Assembly: GCA_951406725.2 (NCBI GenBank)
Contig: OX597819.1
Span: 88,226,001-88,290,000 of the forward strand
DNA from: Octopus vulgaris
Taxonomy: Eukaryota
Reading direction: 5' to 3'
Length of the DNA: 64,000 nt
Of the stretch, positions 25,423 to 37,848 are shown piece by piece. Each line of letters starts with the position of its first letter. The first letter of the stretch is position 1. Below the pieces are notes generated by a model that made no database searches, had not been told where the DNA came from, and worked only from the letters and a program-made list of their open reading frames with translations. The position numbers were made by a program, and so were the translations under genes.

Positions 25423-26141
25423 AGGTCACACAAATCCATACACATAGACATACTCAAACATGCACACACAAGGAGACAGAGATACACACACAAATACACA
25501 CACACACACATACATACACATATACAACCACACAAATATGAACACACAAACACATGAATATGCAGAATACATACAAACGTACACACACGCATACATATAT
25601 AAATGCATACACACACACTCATACATACATACATACACACACACACATACATACATACATACATACATACATACATACATACACACACACACATACATAT
25701 GTGTATACACATGCACAATGACGTACACACATGCGCACAAACAAACAAACAATAATAACAGAGCTCCGATAACAGAGTCGACGACTATTGAGAGAGGTTG
25801 CCAGAGGCAAAGAAAATTTTAGAAAAAATAAACAACTGAGTGGAAATCGAACCAGTGAGTGTGTTAATTAATAAGGGTTTAAAAAGAATGACTCTCCCTT
25901 GACACAATAAAATATACATCAACACACGAATTCACATAAAGAATCTTGCAAAACGAAAACGAAATACTATATATATATATAAAGGGATGAATTATATGGT
26001 TATTGACGATATGTCTATTTTCGGCATATTTGGCATTAGAATTTCTTTTCTTTTGCCCTAGTTTATAAGTTGTTTATAAATTAAACCATTAAAGGTATTT
26101 TTTAATATGCCATTGATAGAATTTTTTCGAAAACTTTTATC

Positions 26142-26171
<30 letters not shown>

Positions 26172-26180
<9 letters not shown>

Positions 26181-26410
26181 CGTTTATTAAATGCATGAAA
26201 TACAAAAATGTCTACATATATATATATATATATACATATAAAAAGTTCCAACTTACACAGATTAGAAATGGTATAGAGAATTTATTTTTTCCTCCACCCC
26301 TTTAATTCCCTATATCATTTCTAAGCTGTGTAGGTTAGACCTTTGTGTGTGTGTGTGTGTGTGTGTGTATACATTTTTTGTATTTCATGTATTTAATACG
26401 CTTTATATAT
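26172..26410. repeat. About 240-bp imperfect fold-back (MITE-like) element
   Basis: Arm segments AAATGCATGAAATACAAAAATG / CATTTTTTGTATTTCATGTATTT and ACTTACACAGATTAGAAATGGTATAGAGAATT / AATTCCCTATATCATTTCTAAGCTGTGTAGGT are reverse complements; (TA)n flanks. Confidence 0.85.
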
Positions 26411-26525
26411 AGATGTGTCTAATTCGTTTATCCCTACATTTACCTCTATACTCGCTCAAATTTAAATGTCATGAGCACCATTAGGTGCATTCTATACGGA
26501 GAATATTTGGATCTCATCTATGAAC

Positions 26526-26559
<34 letters not shown>

Positions 26560-27130
26560 TATATCTGGAGGGACGGCAGTGCTCTTGAGTCTTTACTAAG
26601 TTTGCGGACACTGGGGAGAAAAGAGCAGACTCAAATTTGGAAAACTGGCTTAAATATTTGCATCACTGAAGTGGCGTAAAGCCTGGCATGAGATGAAATC
26701 ATCCACCACAGCAGGTCATTGCAGGATTTAAACTCGGAGCGCAGAGACGGAACAAATAACGGCAGGCATTCTATCCAACTCGGCCACTTCGCCAGCACGC
26801 ACAAACACTCAGCACACGCACACGAGCGCACGCACGCATACATACATACATACATACATACATACATGCACACAAGTGCGCGCGCACATACTTACAAATA
26901 TGCAAATGCACGCCCCCCCCCCCCCTATATATATATCGTTAATCAAATATATTCAATGAGAATACAGTATACTGAATATCTAATAAGTGCTCTTGGTAGG
27001 GAAATGTCTAAAACATTAAAGGTATTCAGACATTTAATGTCATAATATAATGTAATATATAATATAATATTTAATATATATTATATAATATATACATACA
27101 TATATGTATATTCAACGTTATGTATATAGA

Positions 27131-27161
<31 letters not shown>

Positions 27162-27234
27162 GTATGCGTGTGTGTGGATGTGCATGTGTGTGTTGACACT
27201 TATATGTATATGCATACATACATACATATATATG

Positions 27235-27266
<32 letters not shown>

Positions 27267-27363
27267 TATATGCATACACACACACACATTTACATATATT
27301 TACATACATACATGTATGTATGTATGCATAAATCCACACTCACACATATACACATCATGTAGG

Positions 27364-27405
<42 letters not shown>

Positions 27406-27992
27406 CAAATAGACGCAAATCATGCGAAACGGCGCAGTTTTAGTTTATTCCTTTTTTTCCCAACTGTTTTTTTTTTTTTGTTACTGCTTTCAGACAGTTT
27501 GCAGAAATGTAGAGAAATTTACGGAACGGAAATAAAATGGAAACAATAGATTTATTAACATCCAGTCAGGTCATAAAAAAGACATTTATTATTAGATGCG
27601 TTATATGGACTGCATGATATGAGTCTATATATTATATTTATTCATGAACTTGTATTTGGTACTCTAGAAATTATTATCCACCATCCTTGTACCATTATGT
27701 AAATGAGATGTGTCACTCGCAAGCTCTTTGTTTTATTTATTTGGTTTTTTTTTCTGTTACTCGTTTCAGTCATTCAACTGCAGCCATGGTGAGGCATCGT
27801 TTTGATAGGTTAGTTAAAGAAATCTACCCCAGTGCATTTTGTTTTGTGTGTGTGTGTGTATTTAAGTCTGGTACTTCTATCGGTCTCTTTTGTTAAACTG
27901 CTAAGTTATGTCGTCGTAAACAAACCATCTTCGGTTGTCAAGCAGTAGCGAGAATAGTCACAAAGACACACTCGCACACACATGCATGTGTA

Positions 27993-28190
<198 letters not shown>

Positions 28191-28191
28191 A

Positions 28192-28528
28192 AGGGTAAAG
28201 ACCCCCGTCGGTCATGAATGACCATGGGATTGCACCTAGAAAGTTACCCTCCTAGACACAAGTCCGGGCAAGGTTGTTTATGGAAGACCAGCAGTCGCCC
28301 ATGCATACCAGCCTCCCCTCTCCACGCCACCAGTGTTATCCAAGGGAAAGACAAAGGTCGATACAGCTTGGCACCAGTGACGTCGCAACTCATTTCTACA
28401 GGTGAGTGAACTGGAGCAACGTGAAATAAAGTGCTTTGCTCAAGAACACAACACGCAGCCCGGTCCGGGATTCGAGCTCACAACCTCACGATCGTAAGCT
28501 CGACGCTCTAACCACTGAGCCATGCGCC
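28192..28528 (-). mobile_element. SINE family C full-length copy
   Basis: Reverse complement of the family C sequence; inserted in (TA)n. Confidence 0.92.
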
Positions 28529-28741
28529 TTATATATATATATAAATATATGAATTATTAAGGTGGCTATTCGTAATTTAGACCCGAAAGGTAACAAGTGT
28601 ATAGTCGTCACTAAAGTGATGAAGGGTGCAAGTCAGCACCATCGTTGCTAGAAATAAGAGTCAACACAACTCTTAGCCACATGTGAGCACTTTTCTAACG
28701 ACTGACAAAGGAGACAAGCTCCCTACGGCAAGTGAAATGGA

Positions 28742-28837
<96 letters not shown>

Positions 28838-29059
28838 GTCTGTATGTATGTATGTATGTATGTATGTATGTATGTATGTATGTATGTATATATATACGAC
28901 AGGTTTCCTCACAGTTTCCGTCAACCAATTTCTTTCACAAGGCCAGGACTCTAATAGAAGACATTTGCCCAAGGTGCCGTGCAATGGGACTGAACTCGAA
29001 ACCACACGGTTGCAAAGTGAGTCATGTCAACTTTATTAATTCAAATGAGTACTTTGGGA

Positions 29060-29450
29060 GGAGACTTGATTGAATGCTGATGAAATTGTGAAATTCGAGA
29101 TCAATTGTAGTGTATAAATCAGAGTTACGTTCTCTCTCGCCCAAGAACCCAAGTTCACCTATACATTTCCCAGATGGGTTGGTACATATCCTCTTCCTCC
29201 AATAACAATAGTTATGAAGCTGAAAGATGTATGTATGTATGTATGTATGTATGTATGTATGTATGTATGTATGTATGTATGTATGTATGTATATATGTAT
29301 GTATCTTCTCTTTCTCTTTTTAATTTTAGAGTAAATTTTGATCAGCCACCTACATGGTAGCAAGGTTGCGAAGGAAAGTATCTTGACTTAACTGTCATCC
29401 TTTAAATCTTAAGGTCTTTCAGATTTTTATAGACCTTGATATTGTGATCA
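29060..29450 (-). pseudogene. Two R4/Dong-like RLE C-terminal / 3' UTR fragments separated by (TACA)n
   Basis: About 29060-29227 encodes FSFITIVIGGRGYVP. About 29305-29450 is homologous to the ORF end and 3' UTR at 34530-34650 (TCATCCTTTAAATCTTAAGGTCTT, GCCACCTACAT, TAGAGTAAAT). Confidence 0.72.
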
Positions 29451-29759
29451 ATGTGCACGTGTTTGTGCTTGACTGCTGTTCAATAATTTGAAGTAAGGCC
29501 TCATCTTCCACGACAGATCTCCCTGACCTTAGTTTGTTTTCGAGGCTGGTGTCCCCTCCCTTGAAACATCAGAACCAGTTTTGTGCCACACGTTTGTTGA
29601 CAGTTCCTGGGCCTTCCGTGTCCTTAAGTTCTTTTATTGGTACCCTTGCATTCAGTCCTTTTTTCCACAGGTAGTGTAAAATGACTCCAATTGCAATTCT
29701 CTCACCACTCAAACAACTTTTTTCTTTTTTCTTTATTTTTTTTCCTTTCTTTCTTTCTT

Positions 29760-30130
29760 TTTTCTACTCTAGGCACAAGGCCCGAAATTTGGGGGGAGGG
29801 AGAATCGATTACTTGTACGTAATTTATCAACCCCGAAAGGATGAAAGGCAAAGTCGAACTCGGTGGAATTTGAACTCAGAACTTAATGGCAGACGAAATA
29901 CCTATTTCTTTACTACCCACAAGGGTCTAAACACAAAGGAGACAAACAAGGACAGACAGATGAATTAAATCGATTATATCGACCCCAGTGCGTAACTGGT
30001 ACTTATTTAATCGACCCCGAAAGGATGAAAGGCAAAGTCGACCTCGGTGGAATTTGAACTCAGAACGTAGCAGCAGACGAAATACCGCTAGTCATTCCGC
30101 CCGGCGTGCTAACGTTTCCGCCAGCTCGCA
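29760..30130 (-). mobile_element. Multimeric SINE-A
   Basis: Two central domains joined through the GAAATACCTATTTC junction. Confidence 0.88.
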
Positions 30131-30167
30131 GACAATTAATGCATATATGATATATGTGAAAATAAAA

Positions 30168-30483
30168 GACTCCGCCGGTTACGACGACGAGGGTCCCAGC
30201 TGATACGATCAACGGAACAGCTTGCTCGTGAAATTAACGTGCAAATGGCTGAGCATTCCACAGACACGTGTACCCTTAACGTAGTTCTCGGGGATAATCA
30301 GCGTGACAGAGAGTGACAAGGCTGACCCTTTGAAATACAAGTACAACTCATTTTTGCCAGCTGAGTGGACTGGAGCAACGTGAAATAAAGTGTCTTGCTC
30401 AAGGACACAACGCGTCGCCGGGAATCGAACTCACAACCATACGATCATGAGCCGAATGCCCTAACCACTAAGCCACGCGCCCT
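30168..30483 (-). mobile_element. SINE family C subfamily with an alternative 3' tail
   Basis: Same head and domain as family C, but its tail is shared with 50818-51133. Confidence 0.9.
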
Positions 30484-31518
30484 CACATGTGAAAATAAAG
30501 AACAAGCAATTAATGTTATGTTATAAATGAAAGTAAAGAATAAACAATTCAGCAACAATTGGACGACAACTTGTATCAAATTCAAGGATATGACATGGAG
30601 ATACTAGTTGCTAAAAATCATCAGTGAAAATCCGAAAACCGTTTGGCTTAACCTAGTGTTTTAAATACGGACACCGTCCTGTTCTCGTTCTCCTTCTGCT
30701 ACAGCTGTGATTGTTCTTGTTGAATGCCCTTGCTCATATAAATACTTTGAGCAAACATGTGGTCAAAAGTTCCAGCCGTGACCATCACTTTTTACTGTAG
30801 TACAGCGTAAATCTTCGATCTAGTTTATCAAGTGTAGCTTTCCTTAAAAACAAATAGAAAAAAAAAATAGACGTTTATGAATTGAGGAGTTAATGGTTGT
30901 TATTTCTAGTATGTTTAGTGACAGCATATCGGCATCCTTGTCTTGTTATTGCTACTAGGCATCCAATTAACTATATATTCCAAATAAATACTTTATTTTT
31001 CCCTGTTGGTAACTCTAGTCCACGTTGTTCTCCGTGTACGGATGAATCATCTTCCATGTCAGTGCTCTACTGAAAAACGATGAGTCCATTGTAATGGTTG
31101 GCTCTGCATTACGGGTCTCCATTCATCTGCATAAGCTGTTCGCATGTTTCTAATGCGTTTCACTCGAGTTTTACATAAAAACATTTCATGGTGGCATAAA
31201 GTGTAAGTGATGTAGTCGGTGGGGGGTGAAGAAGCAGGAGGTGTCAATGCACATACAATGCACGCTCATAGCTTGCAACAATGCATTCCCATTTGGTTAG
31301 GCCTATAGGGATTGGCAAGGTCACACATCAATATCTTCGTATCTCCAGCCTGTCACAGAACTGTATTCACAATGACTATTCTTGTATTTTCATCTTTCGG
31401 TTCTTTTATTTGTGTTTTACTTTGTTTTGTTCTGAACGTTTCCAAGACATGTGTTACATACATGAAATGTGTGTATGTATGTGCGTGTGCATATGTATAT
31501 ATATTAATATAGACATAG

Positions 31519-31573
<55 letters not shown>

Positions 31574-32210
31574 TATAAACATATACATATACATACATAT
31601 ATACATACACTTACGCACACGTATATATGCATGTATGTATAGATATATATACATGTATATAAAATATGTCATATATATATATATATATACACGCATATAA
31701 ACAAACACATATATATATATAAATATTTATATATACATGCATATATATATACACACACATATATATATACATACACCCATATATATACATACATATATGT
31801 GTGTGTGTGTGTATGTGTGAGTGTGTGTGTGTATGTGTGTGTATATATATATATATATATATAGACAGGCAGACATAGATATATAGATACATACACACAC
31901 ACACATATATAAATAAATGCATTTGTACATTTATGTTTATGCATGTATGTATATATGTGCGCACATACACGCTTGCATACATACATACATACATACATAC
32001 ATACATACATACATACATACATACATACATACACACATATTTATATAAGCGAAGCTGAGACATTTCCAAGAGATGTGTATAGATGGATCGTGTACATAAT
32101 TCAATTACTATGAAGATAGTAAGTGCAACCAGCATGAATTCTTTGCCACGCATGTCCAGAAAGCAAAATAAAAATTGTGGACACTCTTCCACATCGTTGA
32201 CAATTTCGGA

Positions 32211-32550
<340 letters not shown>

Positions 32551-34104
32551 TCTTTCCGTCCGTCTCTATTTATCTAAGTACTTGCTCTCCTCCCTCTCTC
32601 TCTTCTATATGCATAATATATATAGACAGATGGACAAACAGTCAGATAGATAGACAGATAGATAGATAGATAGATACATACATAAATACATACATACATA
32701 CATACATACATACATACATACATACATACATACATGTTTATGCACACACATACTCGTATATATATATATATATATAGAAATACATACACATATATGTATA
32801 ACGAAATATCTCACATGAAATGGAAAAACTTAAAAGTAGCACAAATATATGTACTTTATCATGCAATTACAAGAATAGCAAAATACAAATAAATAAATAA
32901 ATACATATAGAAGTATAAAGTACATAATACTGTGCATATACATTGAGTGTGTATGTGTGGTGTGGTGTTGTGAGTTGCGTGCGCGCGTGTGTGTGTGTAT
33001 GTATGCACAAATAAGTTTAACCTGTTTTAACCCATAACCGTGCGTCCGATAAAATATATCTTATCGGTCACTTTGAATAAAGAACTGGAAGCTAGAAGTG
33101 TCTGTAAGTTTAATCCTTAACCATAAACCCGATAAATATATTTTTCTTATCTTACCCTTTCCTTGTTCCAGTCAATTGACTATAAGCCATGTTGGGATAC
33201 CATACCGAAGGGTTTTGTCGAACATATCGACCCCAGTAATAACTGGGTGGCGGGGGGGGGCTGTCTTTAAAGAAAATCTAGTCCTTATAATATCAGTGTC
33301 TTTTGCCGCACCGTTAAGTTAGGGGAACGTAAATAAACCAGCACCGGTTGTCAAGTTGTAGCTATGGGGTACAAGTTGGGGCACCGCTTCGAAGAATTTT
33401 AGTTGAACGAATCGACCCCAGTACTTATTTTTGTAAAGCCTGGTATTTTTTTTTATCGGTCTCCTTTGCTGAACCGCTAATTTACGGGGACAGAAACACA
33501 GGAACATCGGGTGTCAAGTAGTGGTGGGGACAGACACAGACACAAAAAACACCCACACACACCTGTGTTTTCAAAGCGATGAATAGCTTTGAACCATGGT
33601 TCGCTTTGTTTTCTGACTTTATAATCATCTTATAATCATCTCATAATAATGACTTTTATGACTTTCATTACTACCTCAGTCAATCTAAATGTATATATTT
33701 GTCGTTACCTGTCATAAAAAGCCTTTTTTTTTTATTTACAATGTGCATTTTCGTTGATTTTTCATATTTTACCCTGACATTTCCACGTGTATTTTATATT
33801 TTCTTTTTGTAACATATTTCTACTATATATATATATATATACGACGGGCTTCTTTCAGTTTCCGTCTACCAAAACCACTCACAAGGCCTTGGTATGCATA
33901 TATATAAATCGGAAAGTGTTTTCTACTTTAGCCTTGGACAGCTCGCGACTATAGAAGAAGACACTTACTCAAGGTGTCACGCAGTGGGACTGAATCCGGA
34001 ACCATGTGGCTAGGAAGCAAACTTCTTACCACACAGCCACGCCCACATAAAAGTTTTTATAATAAAAACAATTTTACATAAATTTTAAAGTGCAAATTTA
34101 TTTT

Positions 34105-34229
34105 TCTTTAACAAGAATAGCATTGACAGTAACTTCGAAATTTGATCAGCTAAGACATCTTCGGATTGTCTGATGATGGCTTAGCTGACCGAAACTTTGA
34201 AGTCACTATCAATAATATTCTTGATAAAG

Positions 34230-34230
<1 letters not shown>
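34105..34230. repeat. About 126-bp imperfect palindrome made of two head-to-head hammerhead-like copies
   Basis: Reverse complement of left arm TCCGAAGATGTCTTAGCTGATCAAATTTCGAAGTTACTGTCAAT aligns with right arm TCTGATGATGGCTTAGCTGACCGAAACTTTGAAGTCACTATCAAT; flanks TCTTTAACAAGAATA / TATTCTTGATAAAGA also pair. Confidence 0.88.
34164..34210 (+). ncRNA. Type I minimal hammerhead ribozyme-like motif
   Basis: GATTGT-CTGATGA-TGG..CC-GAAA-CTTTGAAG-TC-ACTATC: stem I 5/6 bp, intact core boxes, short stem III, GUC site; stem II weak. Confidence 0.6.
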
Positions 34231-34290
<60 letters not shown>

Positions 34291-34529
34291 CGACGGGCTT
34301 CTTCACAGTTTCCGTCAACGAAATTCACTCACAAGTCATTGGTTGGTCCAGGTCAATAGTAAAAAGACACTTGCCGATGGCGCCATGCAGTGGGACTGAA
34401 CCTGAAACCACATGGTTGTAATGCAAGCTTTCTGACCACACAGCACATGCTTGCACCTACCATCAACCTTTAATTTTTTCACTCCCGATAATGCAGCATG
34501 CATGTGTGTGTGTGTGTGTGTGTGTGTGT

Positions 34530-34882
34530 TCTCCTCTTTTAAATTTAGAGTAAATATTGACTGGCCACCTACATATTGTTTTAACTATCATCCTTTAAAT
34601 CTTAAGGTCTTGCAGATTTTTATAGTCCCAGATATCATGATCATTTGTAAAGTATGAATTAAAGATTTGTGTTCACTCACTACGATCTCAAGTTCAGTCA
34701 TACTTTGTTCCAGACAGGTTGGTATACATCCTGTTGCTCCAATAATAATAGATATGAAGCTGAAAGTGCATCTTGGGTACAGGATTTTCAAGCTCCTTAT
34801 CAATGGTCCATAGATATCCTCTTTTTTTTGGTATTTTTCTAACCACATTGGTGCCCAGGGGACAGTTGATTTCCACAACAGA
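34530..34882 (-). pseudogene. 3' end (RLE C-terminus plus short 3' UTR) of an R4/Dong-like non-LTR retrotransposon
   Basis: KKEDIYGPLIRSLKILYPRCTFSFISIIIGATGCIPTCL...ISGTIKICKTL fits the RLE K..KY..L....P(I/V)(I/V)IGA.G motif; bounded by (CA)n at its 3' end and (TACA)n at its 5' end. Confidence 0.8.
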
Positions 34883-35199
34883 ACATGTATGTATATGTAT
34901 GTATGTATGTATATATGTACATATCTATGTATGCATGTATGCACATCTATATATGTATATATGTATGTATGTATCTACGTATGCATGTATGCACATGTAT
35001 GTACGTTCCGACCCCATCTACCGCCCCTTAAACCGTTCCCATCCCAAAATGAGACACAACCAAGAAGTCAAACAACTTTTTCGCATTTCAGATTTATAGA
35101 TATTGATGAGTTAAAAATTGTTTGGTATGTGTTACGGCGTCTTTTCTCTTCATATGCTCGCTCTCATTAACTTTGGAACTTTGCTACGCCTCTGTTCTG

Positions 35200-35310
35200 T
35201 TCCAGTGCGTGGTACCTTGGGCAAGTATCTTCTATCATTGTTCCGGCCGACTCATGACTTTTGAGTGAACTTGGTTGACGGACTACTATTTGGAAGTCCG
35301 TCGTATATAC

Positions 35311-35372
<62 letters not shown>

Positions 35373-36470
35373 ATTCCCCCCATCCGTTTGGCAACTGATG
35401 TCTTTTGTTTACGTCCCCGTAAGTTAGCAGACCGTCAAAAGAGATCCGACAGAATAAGTAGCAGATTTATCGTTGACGAAGCAAAAAGTAAGTACTCGGA
35501 TCAATTTATTCGACTAACCCCGTGAAGGCTTTGCTCTAGCATGGCCGCACTACTCCAGTGAATGAAACGGGGGAAAAAAAGCAAGAAAGAAGAACACGAA
35601 CAAAAATGTATGGGCAGGTGTGGCTGTGTAGAAAGAAGCTTGCTTCCCAACCACATAGTTCCAGGTTCAATCCCACAGCGTAGCACTTTGGGAAAGTGCC
35701 TTCTACTATAGCCTCGGACCGACCAAAACCTTGCGAACGGATTTGGGAGACGGAAACTGAAAGAAGCCCATCGTGTGTGTGTATGTATGCATGTATGTAT
35801 GTATGCATGTATGTATGTATGTATGTATGTATGTATGTATGTATGTATGTATGTATGTATGTATGTTGAAACCCCCTTCGATCATGAATGACCATAGGAT
35901 TGCACCTAGAAAGTTACCCTCCCAGGCACAAGTCCGAGCAAGGTTGTTTATGGAAGGCCAGCAGTCGCCCATGCATACCGGCCTCCCCTCTTCACGCCAC
36001 CAGTGTTATCCAAGGGAAAGACAAAGACCGATACAGTTTGGCATTAGTGATGTTGCAGCTCATTTCTACAGCTGAGTGAACTGAAGCAACCTGAAATAAA
36101 GTGTCTTGCTCAAGAACACAACGCGCAGCCCAGTCCGGGATTCGAACTCACAACCTCACGATCGTAAGCTCGAGGCTCTAACCACTGAGCCATGCGCCTT
36201 CACATGTATGTATGTATGTATGTATGTATGTATGTATGTGCGTGTCTTTGTACCTGTGTTTGTCCCTTCATCACGGCTTGACAATAGGTGTTGCTGTGTT
36301 TACCTCCCCGTAACATAGCGATTCTGCAAAAGAGACCGACAGAATAAGTACTAGGCTTAAAAAAAAAAATGATAAGTCCTAGGGTCGATTTGTTCAACTG
36401 AAAGTCCTTCAAGGCGACGCTCCAGCATGGCCGCAGTCAAATGACTGAAAAGAAGTAAAAGAATAAAAGA
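35200..36470 (+). mobile_element. SINE-B cluster: degenerate copy (35200-35570) and a second copy (35613-36470) split by a SINE-C
   Basis: B head at 35613-35775; B 3' half resumes at about 36240 after the inserted element. Confidence 0.82.
35870..36200 (-). mobile_element. SINE family C copy nested in the internal (TGTA)n of a SINE-B
   Basis: Near identical to 28192-28528; (TGTA)n on both sides. Confidence 0.92.
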
Positions 36471-37023
36471 ATAAGGGAAAAAAAAAAGAACATGAAGCAG
36501 AAGAAGAAGAGGAATGGTAAGAGAAACTGGAACAAGAAAAAGCAAACAAGGTACAAAAACAAAAAACAAAATAAAAAGCAAAATCGAAGCAGTTGAACTT
36601 ATTATATTCGTTTCCTTCCAATATGCGTATCGTATGCTGGCAGAAACGCTTGACAAGTTTTATTCACTGTGTTTCTTTGATATTCTGACAAGGTCTTTCT
36701 TTTAATATCAGCAATTTTAGTTCAGAAAACTAAAATAGTTCAATATATAAAAAAAAAAAAAGAAAGAAAGAAAAAGACGGTATTGCTAAAAATATAAAAA
36801 AGGAAAATGAAAAGATGAAAAAAAAAAAAAAATGGCATGAGCGGAAAACAAAAGATCCAATCTAGTTCGGTGACTTGAAAATCTTAATAATAAATTTTTA
36901 CTTGCATTTGGCAACATGACCATAAATTTGTATATGGGGAATGTAGTGATGTATGAAACCGAACCGCTCTCATATACCCCCTCTCTCTCTTACTGTCCTT
37001 TTGTGTGTGTGTGTGTGTGTGTG

Positions 37024-37055
<32 letters not shown>

Positions 37056-37136
37056 CCCTCTCTCTTCTCTCTCTCTCCCTCTCTTTCTCTTCGTCACCCT
37101 CTCTCTCTGAAACTCAGAAATATATGAAAATATATG

Positions 37137-37210
<74 letters not shown>

Positions 37211-37339
37211 TGTGTGTGTGTGTATATATATATGTGTGTGTGTGTATGTATGTATGTATACACACACATATATAAACTGACGTATATATATATATATATT
37301 TACATACAGTCATATACTCACACATCTATATCTATCACA

Positions 37340-37385
<46 letters not shown>

Positions 37386-37493
37386 TTCTCTCTCGATATA
37401 TGTATGTGTGTGTATGTGTAATGATTTTGCTTAGATATGGCGATACTAATAGCCAGTTGTTAAAACTCAGTAAACATATGTTTTTGGAGTAAG

Positions 37494-37848
37494 CAGCCCC
37501 CATTTTGTTTTCCACCACGAACTGGTTTCATGCAAGACAATTTTTCCACGAACTGGGGGAGTATGCGCATAACAAAACATGATAAAGTGCATAATATTCT
37601 GTACAATTTGTTACATATATAGCGTAAATTTAATTATTACGTTGCGTATAATACACTTTATTTCTATTATTATTATTACATTGTTATATATATATATTTA
37701 GTGCTCTTGTGGCAATCTCAGTAATTTTTCAAAGGAAAGCACCATGCAGAATGCGATAGTCAATACAATACAAGTAAAATTTTAATAATTTATTCTTTCT
37801 GCGCAGCCCGGTGCCAAATGATTCACAGCCTAGTACTGGGCCACAGAG
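37494..37848. mobile_element. Degenerate hAT-Charlie non-autonomous element (MER1-like ends)
   Basis: CTGGTTTCATGCAAGACAATTTTTCCACG, CACTTTATTTCTATTATTATT..ACATTG and CTGCGCAGCCCGGT..CACAG..AGTACTGG resemble Charlie3/MER1 subterminal sequences as recalled from memory. Confidence 0.6.

Noticed and set aside
26972-27029. Possible decayed HHR (CTGAATA/TATTCAG stem around CTAATAA...TAAA); similar weak cases at about 10613, 27405, 40460 and 41827
   Set aside because: Multiple core substitutions or missing helices; cannot be distinguished from chance by eye.
28455-28528. tRNA-like sequences (also about 11809, 30410, 36130, 50818)
   Set aside because: They are SINE heads with A/B boxes but no complete acceptor stem, and each continues into a shared SINE body.
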